Source: Octopus vulgaris (taxonomy: Eukaryota). Taken from it: a DNA stretch of 64,000 bases. The notes beneath the pieces are model-generated. The model was not told the origin of the DNA and searched no databases. It saw only the letters and a program-made list of their open reading frames with translations. Below, one piece after another: positions 40,190 to 54,786 of the stretch. The stretch covers positions 79,484,001 through 79,548,000 of the forward strand of contig OX597817.1 in NCBI GenBank assembly GCA_951406725.2, given 5' to 3'. The position numbers and the translations under genes are program-made. The first letter of the stretch is position 1; every line of letters begins with the position of its first letter.

Positions 40190-40895
40190 GTGTATATATG
40201 TATGTATTTAATGAACATTGACACGGCATTTGAAATTATTCAGAATAAAACCCAGAAAATATGTTCAGTGTTATTATTTTTTATTCTAAATATTTTAGTT
40301 AAATTCATTTCTTGAAGCATGTCTCCTTCATCACAAATAATTATTGATTTCTCACTTGGGCATGAAACCTTAGGCGAGTTTATTTAAATGTTTTGATTAA
40401 AATGTCTCAATATTTAAATAAACAGCTTTGAGCTAAAGTTTAATTCTTGTCTGAAAATTACAGATATTCTCTCATGAAATTGAAAATTTTATATGAATAC
40501 ATTCTTATACGTTCTTTCTTTCTTTTCCTTTCTTTTTTTTTTTTTTTTTTTGCTTTTTCTATTTCTGTGGGGTATTTTGTTTTGTTTTTCTTTTCTGCTG
40601 TTTTCTTCTGCTCAACATTGAGATTACGGATAATCTATATAATAAGCACTATAATCACAATCATCATCATTATAATTTATTCTCATGGTAGTCGACTTTT
40701 TCATCATTGTTACAATTGAGCTAATGTTGTCTTTTACAAACCATATAACTTATTTCTAATATGATTTTTCAATGTATGCTCCATTAAATATGCTAACACT
40801 TACTCAAGTATCAACAGTATTCAGTTACTGATGTTGTTGTTGTTATTGCTGTTACAGATGTTGCTGCTAGTGCCCATAAGGTTTATCATATAGAG

Positions 40896-41116
40896 CAGCA
40901 TTTTTCAACCAGAGTTCCCCGGAACCCTTGGTTTTCACAAAAGGTGCCTAGGGGTTCATCAAGAAAGAGTGAGATAAGCTAATGCTAATTTCATGATTGT
41001 AATATTACTATACATACACAACATATTATTGGTTATTGTAATATTGTAATATAGACATCATCTAACCTATTATGTTATCAAAAACTATAACAACCATATA
41101 TATATATGTATGTATG

Positions 41117-41163
<47 letters not shown>

Positions 41164-41476
41164 TTGTGTGTGTATATATATATATAACGGGAAGCTTTAT
41201 GAAAATAAACAAAAGACGAAGGCAGGTTTACGGAAATAAACAAAAGACGAAGGCAGGTGGAATACAAACAAACAATTGTATTAGTATGGCGCTCAGGAAT
41301 ATATGTATGTATATGTATATATATGTATATTTGTATATATATATATATATATATGATATGTATCCCGTGAACTACGATAAAAAAAATGTGAGAAAGATAT
41401 GGTATATAATTTTTTTTTGTGCAGGGGTTAATTTATTTTAAGGGTTACGCAAGGGTAAAGAGGTTGAGAAACACTG
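40896..41476. mobile_element. hAT-type MITE with an inserted microsatellite and Penelope-like fragment
   Basis: TIRs CAGCATTTTTCAACC and GGTTGAGAAACACTG; 8-bp TSD atatagag/gtatagag. Confidence 0.75.
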
Positions 41477-41489
41477 GTATAGAGCATAA

Positions 41490-41750
41490 AAAAAAAAGGT
41501 AAAGTTACTTTCCCGAGTCATACCGACTCATAGGGACCGGTTTCCCAGTCACATGGTATACGTATTCCCCACCTGGACGGGACACTGGTCCACTGCAGGA
41601 TTACTCATTTTTTCCAGCTGAGTGAACTGAAGCAATGTGAAATGAGGTGTTTTGCTGGAGAACACGAGGCACCACCCAGTCCAGAAATTGAAATCACAAT
41701 CTTACAATAATGAATCCATCACCCTAACCACTAAGCCATGCACCTCCACT
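41490..41750 (-). mobile_element. tRNA-derived SINE (family C-like)
   Basis: Reverse complement of the head gtggaggtgcatggcttagtggttagggtg. Confidence 0.75.
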
Positions 41751-42124
41751 ATATAGAACATTATCACCATCATTATCATCATTTAACATCCATTGTCCAT
41801 GCTGGCATGAGTTGGACGGTTTGACCAGAGCTGAGGGATTGCACCAGATGCAATTCTGATTTGGCATGGTTTCTACTGCTGAATGCTCTTCCTAACACCA
41901 ACCACTCCAAGAGTGTAATGGGTGCTTTTACATGCCACCACGTAGGCACCAATTGCATGACACCAGTGTCTTTCACAACTACAACCACACTTAGTTTAAT
42001 GGGTTTCGACTCAAGCACAGCATATTCTTTTCTACTCTAGGCACAAGTCCTGAAATTTGGGGGGAGAGGGCCAGTCAATTAGATCGACCTCAGTACATAA
42101 CTGGTACTTAATTTATTGACCCCA

Positions 42125-43490
42125 ACACAGATATTTACCAATATTTAGATTTTAGATTTTTCCACCCTCCCCATATAAAAAAAGGATCGTTCTATTCCAT
42201 ATAGCAAGACATATATGCTCAATAGTTACAGACACAAATAGATGAGAGACACAACTGGTAGATCTAAATATGTTCCTTCAAAGACAGAAATACACCAAAT
42301 GCATAATAAGCCATGCCATATCCAAAGCAAAGGAAATCCTAATCATAACCTTATGGAGAAACACTAATACTGAGTATTAAGACAAAAATATAAATACAAA
42401 TATTTCATTGTTGTCACCCATATTCCTAAGAACCACAACATCCTACATTTGGTCAAATGATACCAATTTTACATAAATCTTCAAATTGGTGCAGGCATGG
42501 TTATGTGGTAAGAAGCTGGCTTCACAACAACATGGTTCTAGGTTCAGTCCCACTGCGTGGCACCTTGGGCAAGTGTCTTCTACTATAGCTTCAGGCTCAG
42601 CAAAGCCTTGTAAGTGGATTTGGTAGACGGAAACTGAAAGAAGTGCATTGCATATATATATGTATGCATCTATTTATGTGTGTCTTTATGAGTGTTTGTC
42701 CCCCATCATCACTTGAACTGTTGGTTTGTTTACATCTTCGTAACTTAGTGGTTCAGCAAAAGAGACTGATAGGATAAGTGCTAAGTTTTAAAAAGTCCTG
42801 GGGCTGATTTGTTCGACTAAAACCATTCAAATCAATGCTCCAACATGACCACAGTCAAATTACTGAAACAACTAAAAGAATAAATGAATAAAAGAATATA
42901 TCTACAACAAATACATTAAAAAATCACAAGCCATCAACAGCTGAAGACAACCACCAAATCTCAAGAGATTCCTAACAAAGCTGAAATTTACATAAAAGAA
43001 AAAGATAATGCAGATGACAAACTACGGAGACCCTCATAGTGGGACGCATGAAATAATTCAACAAGGAACAGCCAAAAGATTTAAGAATTGGAAGGAATTG
43101 AAAGTGAATGCAAACATGAATTTCAAAGGAAAAAATCTCATATCATGCCCACAGTGTGATGAGAAATACGTTGGAGAAATAGGAACAAAACTAACCAGTC
43201 ATGTGAACATGAGCAAACAGCAAATTAAGGATTCATCTCTTAGAAATGTTCCATGTGGGAGACATCTAGACATTTGGTAAAACAGAAAATTCAGAATATT
43301 CCTTTTTTACAAAATAAAAGAGGAAAATATCAACTGCAAAATGTAAAAGAAGTATACTTTATAAGAATTCTAAATTCAAAATTGGACTGAAAATAGTCAC
43401 ACCATTATTAAAAACAATTACCCCCATACACATTAGTTCAGCATGGATGTCTTTGAAAAGTTGAACATTGAAAGCGCTTACACATAAAGT
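42125..43490 (+). mobile_element. Penelope-like retroelement 3' part (RT thumb plus GIY-YIG), interrupted by a SINE
   Basis: HPPHIKK..IP..ARHICSIV thumb motif; NLISCPQCDEKYVGEIGTKL...QQIKD..LRNVPCGRHLDI...F.IF.FYK...KE.YFI endonuclease. SINE family A inserted at about 42491-42890. Confidence 0.85.
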
Positions 43491-43649
43491 ACACACTATG
43501 AGAAAATTTCTTCCCGAATAGTTGGTGACATTCTTTTCTCTAAATAATCTTTTTAGATAGTTAACATCTATAAAAATACTTTCTTTAAATATATAAATAG
43601 ATATATGTGTGTATTTTTATGTATATTTATAAAAGTATATAGATATATA

Positions 43650-43803
43650 TAGGCGTAGGAGCTTGTTTACGAACCACATGGTTCTGGGTTCAGTCCCACT
43701 GCATGGCACCTTGGGCAAAGTGTCTTCTACTATAACCTCGGGCCAACCAAAGCCTTGTGAGTGGATTTGGTAGACGAAAACTGAAAGAAGCCCATCGTAT
43801 ATA

Positions 43804-43851
<48 letters not shown>

Positions 43852-44072
43852 TGTGTATATGTTTATATGTTTGTGTGTCTGTGTTTGTCCCTTCAACATC
43901 GCTTGACAACCGATGCTGGTGTGTTTACATCCCAGTAACTTAACGCTTCAACAAAAGAGAACCAATAGAATAAGTACTAGGCTTACAAAGAATAAGTCCT
44001 GGGGTCAATTTTCTCGACTAAGGGCAGTGCTCCAGCATGGCCACACTCACATGACTGAAACAAGCAAAAGAG
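43650..44072 (+). mobile_element. SINE family A
   Basis: Near full-length family A copy. Confidence 0.85.
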
Positions 44073-44889
44073 TAACAGAGAGAGTATATCTTATATATAT
44101 ATATATAGATATATATGTGTGTATGTAAGTATGTATGAATGTGTGTGTGTGTGTGTGTGTACATGTGTGTATGAGTTTGAATATTTCACTCACTAGCCTC
44201 CTTGTTATTTTCTGAGAAGCACTTTAGTGAAACCCAGACTACAGACTAGTCTTACAAGAGAATACTACAAAATATTTATATCTAAACAGGAGACACTATG
44301 ATTCAGATACCATTATAGCTGCTAACTGACCTTACTATGGATCAACGTCATGATATTACTGACCTTGTATCTTCTACTTTGCTTTGCCATTTTTGATACA
44401 TCTGCACCCATTGTTGAAAAAGTTTACAGCTAAACAAAATATTCATGTGAATCTTAACTGATGAGTGACCTCTATATAGGTCAATACCATGACATTACCT
44501 GGTTTCATGCTCACCAATTTTCTGGGAATATTTGTCAAGTTTTCACCATTAGAAGAAAGAGTCAGTGTATAAATAAGACAGCAAGAGATATTCGGCGATA
44601 TTATAGTTGTTGAGTGACATATGTTAAAATTATGATAATTTGTCACTTCTTAGTTTCATTCTCAACTCAAGAAATTCCTCTGCATCTGAGGTCTTCTATG
44701 CTAATATATATATGTATGTAACTATGTACGTATGTATGTATGTATGTATGTATGTATGTATGTATGTATGTATGTATGTATGCATGTATGTATGTATGTA
44801 TATGTCTATGTATATGTGTGTATATATATATATATAAATATATATATGTATATGTATATGTGTCTGTGTCAGTGTATGTATGTATGTAT

Positions 44890-44941
<52 letters not shown>

Positions 44942-44950
44942 ATATGTCTA

Positions 44951-44993
<43 letters not shown>

Positions 44994-45332
44994 GTATACA
45001 TGTATATATATGTGTGTATATGTGTCTGTGTCTGTGTGTGTATGTGAGTGTGTGCATGTGGTTGGGTGTTGGTGTACATATGTATATATGTGTGTATTAC
45101 ATTAAGTAATTCTTGTGGGATATGATACCTTCTATAGTTCTAGTGGCAGAATTTTGTCACTTATCTGATTAAAGATTCAAATTCCTGAAGCAACAATCAG
45201 ACTTGACCACTCCCGTCTTCTGTTGCCTCCCCTTCACTTTCTCATACAGACACAGACATATCTATATTTTCATGCACTTTTATTATATAAATGTGTATAT
45301 GTGTGCATATATATGTATGATATATATATATA

Positions 45333-45603
45333 TACAAAATTTAGAGGAATGATCACTAAAGTGGACACCCTATATACTAAACATAGACGTCAAATCATCA
45401 TTACCAGGAAGAATGTGTTCTCAAGAAAAAGAACACATTCTTTGTGGTAATGACGATTTGACGTCTATGTTTAGCATATAGGGTATCCACCTTAGTGGTC
45501 ATTCCTCTAAATTTTGCATCTAACACTTTTAATCTTCAGATTTTTTAATATGCTAAGCCACTGGTTTTAATTGATTAATATCAATTTCTACCCTTATTAT
45601 TTA

Positions 45604-45605
<2 letters not shown>
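45333..45605 (-). repeat. Fold-back element: ~187-nt hairpin plus an unpaired tail, in (TA)n
   Basis: 45333-45519 is palindromic (ttagaggaatga.cactaa.gtgga.accctata...). The tail at 45520-45600 matches 57568-57650 in the opposite orientation. Confidence 0.8.
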
Positions 45606-45653
<48 letters not shown>

Positions 45654-45663
45654 TATATTTATA

Positions 45664-46676
45664 CTAGCAGAGATACCCAGCATTGCTTGGGATTAAAATG
45701 GCATAGTTTGTATATAATATATTACAGTTATGTTGATACAGGTGATATGGGAAAGTGCAGCATTGACAACAAAACATTTGTTGAGTAAATGATGGGTAAT
45801 TCGACTAAGCAACATGCTCTGCATCCGTTTGGAATATTTCAGGCCCTAACCTGTAATGGAAAATTGGAGGTGGGTGTTATGTGATATTTGAATGCACCGA
45901 AAAGCTGTCAGTCAATATACTCTCTTTTGCAGCAGTCGGGGCCGTGTCTAACACGACCCATCATTTGAAATTTTAGCACCTCCTTCAAGTTTGTTGTCCT
46001 ACATTACTCATAATGTAAATTTGGAGGTACTGTGGTTGTTCATTTGTGGGCAACAGGGAACCAATGAGGTGATAGACTTGCCCTTGAACTTTGATGTCAG
46101 CCTAAATTCATGTTTATCTGTCTTCTTAGATGCACCAAACGATGTCATGTGAAATGCGGAGTTGTATTGTCTGATCTTGAGAGAATCTCATCATTCTTCA
46201 TACTCTTGCCTTCAGTTTTCGACAATCCTCCTTGCTTTATACTTGTTTCTGGTGAGATTACGTCTTTTCTGTGTTTCTCCCACTCATTCCATAAAAATTT
46301 CTTTGAAGCGAGCAGAAATTGAAAGAAGAGAAAGCAAAAAAGGACAGAGAAAGAAAGTAAAAGAAGTATGTACGTCTATATGAAATGGATGTGTGTGTGT
46401 GTATGCTCGCGCATGCATGTGTATGTAAGAGAGAAAGTGAGTGAAGATGTGTGTCATGATGTTTGATGTCTTTTAAGGTACACACACACATATAGAAAAT
46501 GTGACGTCATTGTATAAAATGTTAATGATAGTTGATTTATGAAAAAGATTATAGTGTTAAATTTTTTATATGAAAATATGTGAATGGAAATTAGATTTAA
46601 TTTGTAGGCGAAATAGTACTGAATCTTTTGATACCCCATATGTCAAAATCTGTAACTCAGATTTGGAATGCATCAG

Positions 46677-46733
<57 letters not shown>

Positions 46734-47103
46734 ACAGACTTCTTTCAAACTGAAACTATTATCTCATATTACAATAGAGACATAATACTGAAATAGTGTA
46801 AGAGATAAGAGATTGCTCTGGGCTCGCATTAGGCAAGAAATTCATTTGGCCTTGTTGCTAGCAAAATATTATGTGCCGGCTGTCTGAGCGAACATGTTGC
46901 TTTTAATGGCAGAACAAACAGGACAAAAAGATTACAAAAATAACAATTCTCACTTTGAAACGAACAATTTTGAAAATCTATTTAGATTACAGAGTGCCCT
47001 GCTCTTTCATGTAACCATGTTTAAAATTTCAGCATGATTGGATGAACAATATTCGAGTTATAAGTGCAAAAACAGACAGACAGAACGGATTTTATATATT
47101 AGA
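45664..47103 (-). mobile_element. Internally deleted Helitron retaining a RepHel fragment
   Basis: Minus-strand 5' TC with (CTGT)n, 3' CCCAAGCAATGCTGGG hairpin and CTAG|T. 46092-45976 encodes KVQGQVYHLIGSLLPTNEQPQYLQIYI, the conserved Helitron N-terminal motif. Confidence 0.85.
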
Positions 47104-48498
47104 TATATAAATATCTTCTACATTCACATAGTGGTTGGCGTTAGGAAGGGCATCCAGCCATAGAAACATTGCCAGATCAGACTGGTCCTGGTGCAGCCTT
47201 CCGGCTTCCCAGACCCCAGTTGAACTGTCCAACCCATGATGATGATGATGATGATGAGATATATATATATATATATGTTTGCTATAAGATCATAAATCAG
47301 AAAAAGCATACTGGTTTGTGATATATGCACAAGGCCAGCAAATTTTGAGAAGGTGTTTGTTAATACCATCAACCTCAGTAATAGACAGGTAATTTATTTT
47401 ATGACCCCAGCAGGATGTAAGGTAAAGTTGACCTCAGTAGTATTTGATCTCTATGAAATATATATTACAGTTTCAAATTCTGGCACAAGGTCAGCAATTT
47501 CAGGTAAGGGTGCAAGCTGGTTACATTGACCCTAGTATTAAACTGGTGCTTACTTTATCCACTCCGAAAGGATAAAAGGCAAAGTCAACCCGGATAGAAT
47601 TTGAACCCGAGATGTAAAATTGGAAGCAATGTCGCTAAGCAGTTTGTTTAGCATGGTTACAATTCTGCCAGCTTATAACCTTACAATATATATTGGTTTC
47701 AAATTTTGGCACAAAGCCAGCAATTTCTGGAAAAGAGTAAGCCAAGAACATCAACTGCAGTGCTCAAATGGTGCTTACTTTATCAACCCCAGAATGTTGC
47801 AATGCAAATCAATCCCAGTGGCATTTGAACTCAAAACATAAAGTCTTAAATGATGCCTCAAGCATTTTGTCCAGAAGCAGTCATGACTTTGCCAGCTTAC
47901 AATACATAAGAATAATGGTTTCAGGTTTTAGTACAATGCAGGCAATTTCAGGGAAGCAGGCAGGTCGATTTCATCAGCCTTAGTGCTCACCTGGTATTAT
48001 TTCATTGACTCAAGAAGGCCAAGTCAACCTCAGTGGAGTTTGAACTCAAAATGCAAAGATAGACAAAATGTTACAAAGCATTTTGCCTGACATGCTGATG
48101 AGTCTCTCTGCTTACTGCCATCGCCTTACCATTCATGTGAATAATAACATGCATAGAACTATTTTAATGTAGGTAGGAGCACTCTGTCAGTTACGCCAAT
48201 GATCGGGGTCCCAGCTGATATGATCAACGGAACAGCCAGCTCATGAAATTAATGTGCAAGTAGTTGAGTACTCCATGGACACATGTACCCATTACACAGT
48301 TCTCAGGGAGGTTCAGCATGGCACAGAGTGCGACAAAGCTGGCCCTTTGAAATACAGGTACTTCTCATTTATGCCAGCTGAGTGTACTCGAGCAACATGA
48401 AAATAAAGTGACTTGCTCAAGCTCACAAAGCATCACCAGGAATTGAACTCATGACCTTATGATCATGAGCCAAATAGCCCAACCGCTGAGCCTTTTAA

Positions 48499-48532
<34 letters not shown>

Positions 48533-48726
48533 CATTGCAAACAATTATACATATGAATACAAGGAGGCATTTATACATATGTATTAATGTGAGTATGATA
48601 ATGCCAACATACATATATGGAATATATATATATATATTCTATATTTTACAAGCCTCATGTTAAAATGGCCAAATGAAAAATATATTTCTGCTAGATAATA
48701 GAATAAATAGAAATATATGTGTCCAT

Positions 48727-48769
<43 letters not shown>

Positions 48770-48779
48770 TATATATATA

Positions 48780-48810
<31 letters not shown>

Positions 48811-48959
48811 ATACATGTATATATATATACGCATATATATATTTGCACACACACATAGAATATGCACATGTGTACATATATATATATATATATATATTTG
48901 TATGTTATGTATATGTATATGTACATATATATGTATGTATATGTATATATTGATGTGTA

Positions 48960-49009
<50 letters not shown>

Positions 49010-49659
49010 AAAAAGGTTGACACAAGGCACATATGCTCTTGTATGTTCAAACCTAATGATATAACGATGCATACATACATACGTATGTTTGTATGTATGT
49101 GTATATACATACATACATACATACATGCATACATACATACATACAAATGTATGTACATAGAAACAAACAAACGTATTTTTCTACATTATGATGACCAGCC
49201 AAGAATTTTTGACTTCTGGAGAGCAAATCTAGTTAGTTTTCTTTTGAAACATGCTTGTTGTAATCACTGCCCCATAAGAAAACTCCTGAGAATCTGAAGT
49301 TATGGGAAGAGGCAAGCATAAACTAGTGTTAGGGCCAAAGAAGATGATTTGCAGACTTCTGGAAGTGAAGTTATGAAGAATTATCAGCAAATGAAAAAGA
49401 AGAAAAATTCCAGATGGCACCAGGCATAGTAATAATGTAAGTATGAAGTTTGATAATCTCCCAGATAACTTTGGTAACATGTTTCTTTGACAAATATACT
49501 TTTGAAGAATTTGATGAATGACTGTAAGAGAAAGACCGAAACAGATAGGAAGGAATAGAGGAAATAGAAGACAAAAAATGGTAACTTTACTATGTGTATA
49601 TATGTGTGAGTGTGTATGTGTGTGTATATTTGCATATAAATATAAATATAAATAGCATG

Positions 49660-49694
<35 letters not shown>

Positions 49695-49706
49695 TATATA
49701 TATAGC

Positions 49707-49739
<33 letters not shown>

Positions 49740-50710
49740 GATATATATATACCATATATATAATATATATATATAGCATATGTATATGATATATATGTAT
49801 ATATATTATATATATAGCATGTATATATATATATAAATATATGTGTGTGTATTTGTATATACGTATCATAGTATGTATATGTATATATACATACATATAT
49901 GCAGCTATGTATATGCATGTTTGTGTGAGTGTTTGTGTGTGTATATATATATATATGTATACAAACACTCACACATACAAACACAGGCACATACGCACAT
50001 ACACATATATATATATATTCATATACTTTTCTTATCTAAACAATTTTTATCTGCCTTTCTAGTTTTATTGGTAATAATACTATTACTATCATCGTTATTA
50101 TAACTGTTGTTAGTGTAAATATTGTTTGTATCAGGGTCCTCTTTTTCTTTTATTAATTATTATTCCCTATCATTTTTTTTAATATATTACTTGTGAGTCA
50201 TTAACCAGACTGGAATGGCTGAGGAATACAAAGCCACAGACTGAAAGGAATGGTTTTAAGACATTTCCTAGTAATCTTGCTTTTCAATAGTTACATCTAT
50301 TCTCCTTTTCTTCACTTTCTCTTCAATCCATCTTTTTGTCCTTTATTCCGTTTCTTTTTCTTTGGACACATTTCTAATGCTTCCCTTCTCTTTACTCCAT
50401 ATATCTTTTAGAATTTTAATCCATCTTAGTCTTTATCAATTCTTCTTCCTGTTACTGTGCCACATTCTTTCACTCTTTCTTTCTCTCCCTCTGTCTCTGT
50501 CTCACACTGTAGTCTCTCTCTTTTTTTCTTCCCCTCTCTCTTGCTCTCTCCCCTTCCCTTTTTCTCTTCCTCTCTCTCTCTCACTGTCACTCTCTTTCTC
50601 TCTGCTCCTGTCCCACAGTCTTTCTGGTTGTACCACTACCTCTTAGACTACCTCTCAAAATATATTCTCACACATTCTCTGATGCAATACTGATCTGCAA
50701 ACACATACAG

Positions 50711-50753
<43 letters not shown>

Positions 50754-50929
50754 CGTGTGTATGCATGCACACTCACATAAACACATATTAACTCATGGGT
50801 AGATAGTGATTGATAAGAACAGACACATATACATACCTGTATATGCATGTTTATATATATAAATGTATATGAATTTTTATATACATACATGCATATATAT
50901 ATATATACACACATACATACATACATATA

Positions 50930-50969
<40 letters not shown>

Positions 50970-50970
<1 letters not shown>

Positions 50971-51120
50971 GGCGTTAGGTTTTAGGAAGGGCATCCAGCT
51001 GTAGAAACACTGCCAGATCTGACTGGCCTGGTGCAGCCTTCGGGCTCGCCAGACCCCAGTTGAACCGTCCAACCCATGGAAAGCGGACGTTAAATGATGA
51101 TGATGATGATGATGATGATG

Positions 51121-51122
<2 letters not shown>
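50970..51122 (+). mobile_element. Retroposon 3' tail ending in (GAT)n
   Basis: aggaagggcatccagc.gtagaaaca.tgccagatc...gaccccagttgaac.gtccaacccatg-(gat)n. Other copies at 47130-47255 and 41775-41960 (-). Confidence 0.7.
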
Positions 51123-51182
<60 letters not shown>

Positions 51183-51323
51183 AAAGCCTGCAGCTACCTA
51201 TATTAGTGTGGTTGCTATCAATTATTTATATTTATTGAAGGTAATAATAACAATAATAATATCTATATAAATATTCACTTCTGAATATTTACTTCTTATT
51301 AGTATATATATATTATATACATA

Positions 51324-52887
51324 CAGGTTGCTTCAGTTTTATGAGCTGTTAATTTTCTTCTTATTTTTTTTTCTCCTTTGTTTTCAGATAAATACTTTCA
51401 GATACCAGGTTGACCCAACAAATAAAAAGGTATGCTGTAATCATTGACTGAAAAGCACAGCATAGTGATGCAGAGATAGCTCACTTGCTGAAAGTTGTCT
51501 GATCTTTTGGTGTCGAAGTCAGAGAGGAATTGGATGTTGCTGATGGGATCCAACATGAGCAGCTAAAAGCAAAATGCATGCGTTGGGTCATTATACCATC
51601 AGAACACACGAAATTGGACAATAAGCCCAAGAAATAATTTATACAAACCAGGCAAAATCAATCAGAGCCACTGCAAAATGACCTCGAAGTTTTAGAATGC
51701 ATCACATCAAAAAAGTTGTGCATGAGGACTTCCAGGACAAGTCGTATGTGATGTGGAAGGGTCAGTTTATGCTGGATGTGACAAGAAAGAATCATTCAAT
51801 CCTTGTGAAGCACTTGCTATACAAGTTAAAACAGTGAGAAGCTTGGTTTTTCTTCAAGGTGATAAACTTTGATCAGGACCAAAGGGTAAACCACAGGAAT
51901 GATAGATGGCTATGTAGAGACCCAAATGCGATTCTACATCATGCATACTTTGTTACCAGCAACTGTAATGATGCTGAGAACCATCAACAATGTGAGAGAT
52001 GTTATGCCTCTTCACATTGCTTTACATTGCTGAAGGATCAATGCTGCTGTCTATACAGAAGTGTTGAAAGTTGTGAGGCTCTGGATATACAGAGTATACA
52101 GTAGAAGACTGTACATCTTCCAGCAACTCTGCATAATCTCATAAAGTTATGTCAACCCAAGTATTGGTGCGGGCCAATTGCCATGATCATGTTATCCCAG
52201 ACACATGGCCACATAGCTCCCCAGATCTCGATTCATGTGACTATTACGTATGGGGGAAAGTCAAGAAAGAGGCCAGTCAGCACCCTCATCACTTTCTTTT
52301 TTTTTTTTGGCACCCTTTTCAAGCCTAGCCAGACTCATGGGCCTAGTTTCCCGGTTTCTGTGGTGTATGTGTTCCCCCCAGCTGGATGGGGCGCCATTCC
52401 ATCGCAGCGTTACTCAAGAAACAGGAAGAGAGAGTGAGAAAAAGTTATGGTGAAAGAGTACAACAGAGGTCGCCACCATCCCTGCTGGAGCCTCGTGGAG
52501 ATTTTTTAGGTGTTTTTGCTCAATAAACACACACAATGCCCAGTCTGGGAATCAAAACCGTGATCCTCCAACCACAAGTCCGCTGCCCTAACCACTGAGC
52601 CATTGTACCTCCACCAGCACCCTCATAACATCATATAATCTCCCAAGTCCACCATAACCAGCACTATGTCTAAAAATGATAAAGATCATCTGATTCAGGC
52701 ATGTCACTGCTTCTGGCTCCTTACTGAAGCAGTCATCAATGCTAACAATGGATTCATTAAATAGAAGTGATTAAAAAATTCTCAAGATAATTTTCACAAT
52801 CCCTTTCCAAATACAGCCTTTTTTTGATGAGTTACGCATCTTTTCCTAAATCTATGCAAATGACCTCACAAAAACCGATGCACCTTG
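51324..52887 (+). mobile_element. Degenerate DD37D/maT-type transposon with a nested SINE
   Basis: TIR-like ends TA-CAGGTTGCTTCAGTTTT and rc TA-CAAGGTGCATCGGTTTT; FDQDQRVNHRNDRWL and WPHSSPDLDSCDYYVWG motifs. A family D SINE at about 52292-52614 has TSD cagcaccctcat. Confidence 0.85.
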
Positions 52888-53567
52888 TAATTGTGTATGC
52901 ATGTGTGTGTTTTGTGTAAGATTGTTTGTATTAATGGTTATTTACACATCTATTTCCCCATAAATCTTTTTTAACAACCTGTTTACTTCCCTATTTATTC
53001 ATCTATCCATCTAACCATCCATCCATCCATCCATCCTTTTTTCCATCCATCTATTCATTCATTCATCTACCTATTTTTCTGCTTGTAAATATATGTATGT
53101 ACATAGATAGATAGACAGATAGATAGATAGGTAGATTGGTAGATAGGTAGATAGATAGATAAATAGATAGATAGGTAGGTAGATAGATAGGAAGGTATGT
53201 TGACAGATAGATAAATCAATAGATAGATAGATAGATAGGTAGATATTTCTTTACTACCCACAAGGGGTTAAACACAGAGGGGACAAACAAGGACAGACAA
53301 ACGGATTAAGTCGGTTATATTGACCCCAGTGTGTAACTGGTACTTAATTTATCGACCCCGAAAGGATGAAAGGCAAAGTCGACTTCAGCAGAATTTAAAT
53401 TTGGAATGTAACGCCAGACGAAATACGGCTACGCATTTCGCCCGGCATAGATAGGAAGGCAAACACAAACAGGCATCCCAAAAGACAGAATGATGAACAG
53501 GCAGACTGACTGGCAGATAGACAGACAGACCCACAGACTCATAGATATGTTTCTTTATTAGCCAAAT

Positions 53568-53646
<79 letters not shown>

Positions 53647-53711
53647 GGATGGATGGATGGATGGATGGATGGATGGATGGATGGATGGATGGATGGATGG
53701 ATGGATGGATG

Positions 53712-53749
<38 letters not shown>

Positions 53750-54744
53750 CAAACACACTAACAGACAGCCCATCAGACAGAATGACAAACAGACAGACAG
53801 ACAGAAAAACACACAGGTAGCCCAATAGACAGAATGATGGATAGATGCATAAACACAGAGACAGACACAGATAGACAGATAAAGAGAGATAGAGAAAGAA
53901 ATAGAGAGAGAGACGGACAAAAAATAGAGAGGGAGAGCAAGAGGGTGAGAAAGATGTAGAGTGTAGGTGAGAAGGAGTTATATGAACAGCTATAGATATA
54001 GAAATATCGGTTTAGTGATATTGAACTTCTAACATTGTGCATTTTACAGTGCCAAACAAAAACAAAAAAAAATTTCCACTTCTAGCACATACCAAACCAT
54101 ACACACACATACAAGCATATTCACATGTATATATACCTGAAAATGCATTAATAAACATGCAAAACATCTGGATTTGACTGAATAAAAGAGAAAAAAAAAA
54201 GCCCAGATCAGAACATTAGGAAAATTCCTGAGGCATTAGCTGTGTCTGTGATGGAAGTAAGCAAGCTCTTTTGAAACGGTGGCTTTTTGATAAAAGATAA
54301 AATATCTATTTAGTAATCTTTTTGTTGAGAAACTAAAGAGTTATGAAAATCGTATTTAACATGTGTTCCTTCTGAATATTATCGAATCGAAGAGAAATAC
54401 TTAACTTACAAGACTTTTCCTCCTAATACTAAGATATATATTCTTATATTTTTACAAGCATGTGTATATGTATAATATATAGGTATATGTAAACATAGAT
54501 ATCTCTCTCTATATATATATGTATAAATGTATATATTTATGTATTCTCAGATGTTCATATTGATATTTTTCGATGTGTGTACACCCCCCACTCACCTACA
54601 CACAGACACACACAAACATGTATTAAACATGTATTCAAATCAATACCATACATGCATATTGTTATCTAAAAGTTTTCAATTTATCTCCATATGCATTTAT
54701 GCTTATATATACAATATGCTTGCTGCTGTCTGTGTGTATATATA

Positions 54745-54786
<42 letters not shown>

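Noticed and set aside
51388-51429. Exon-like segment (ttttcag|...AAG|gtatgc)
   Set aside because: Lies inside the 5' end of the maT-type transposon. Exonisation cannot be supported without transcript data.
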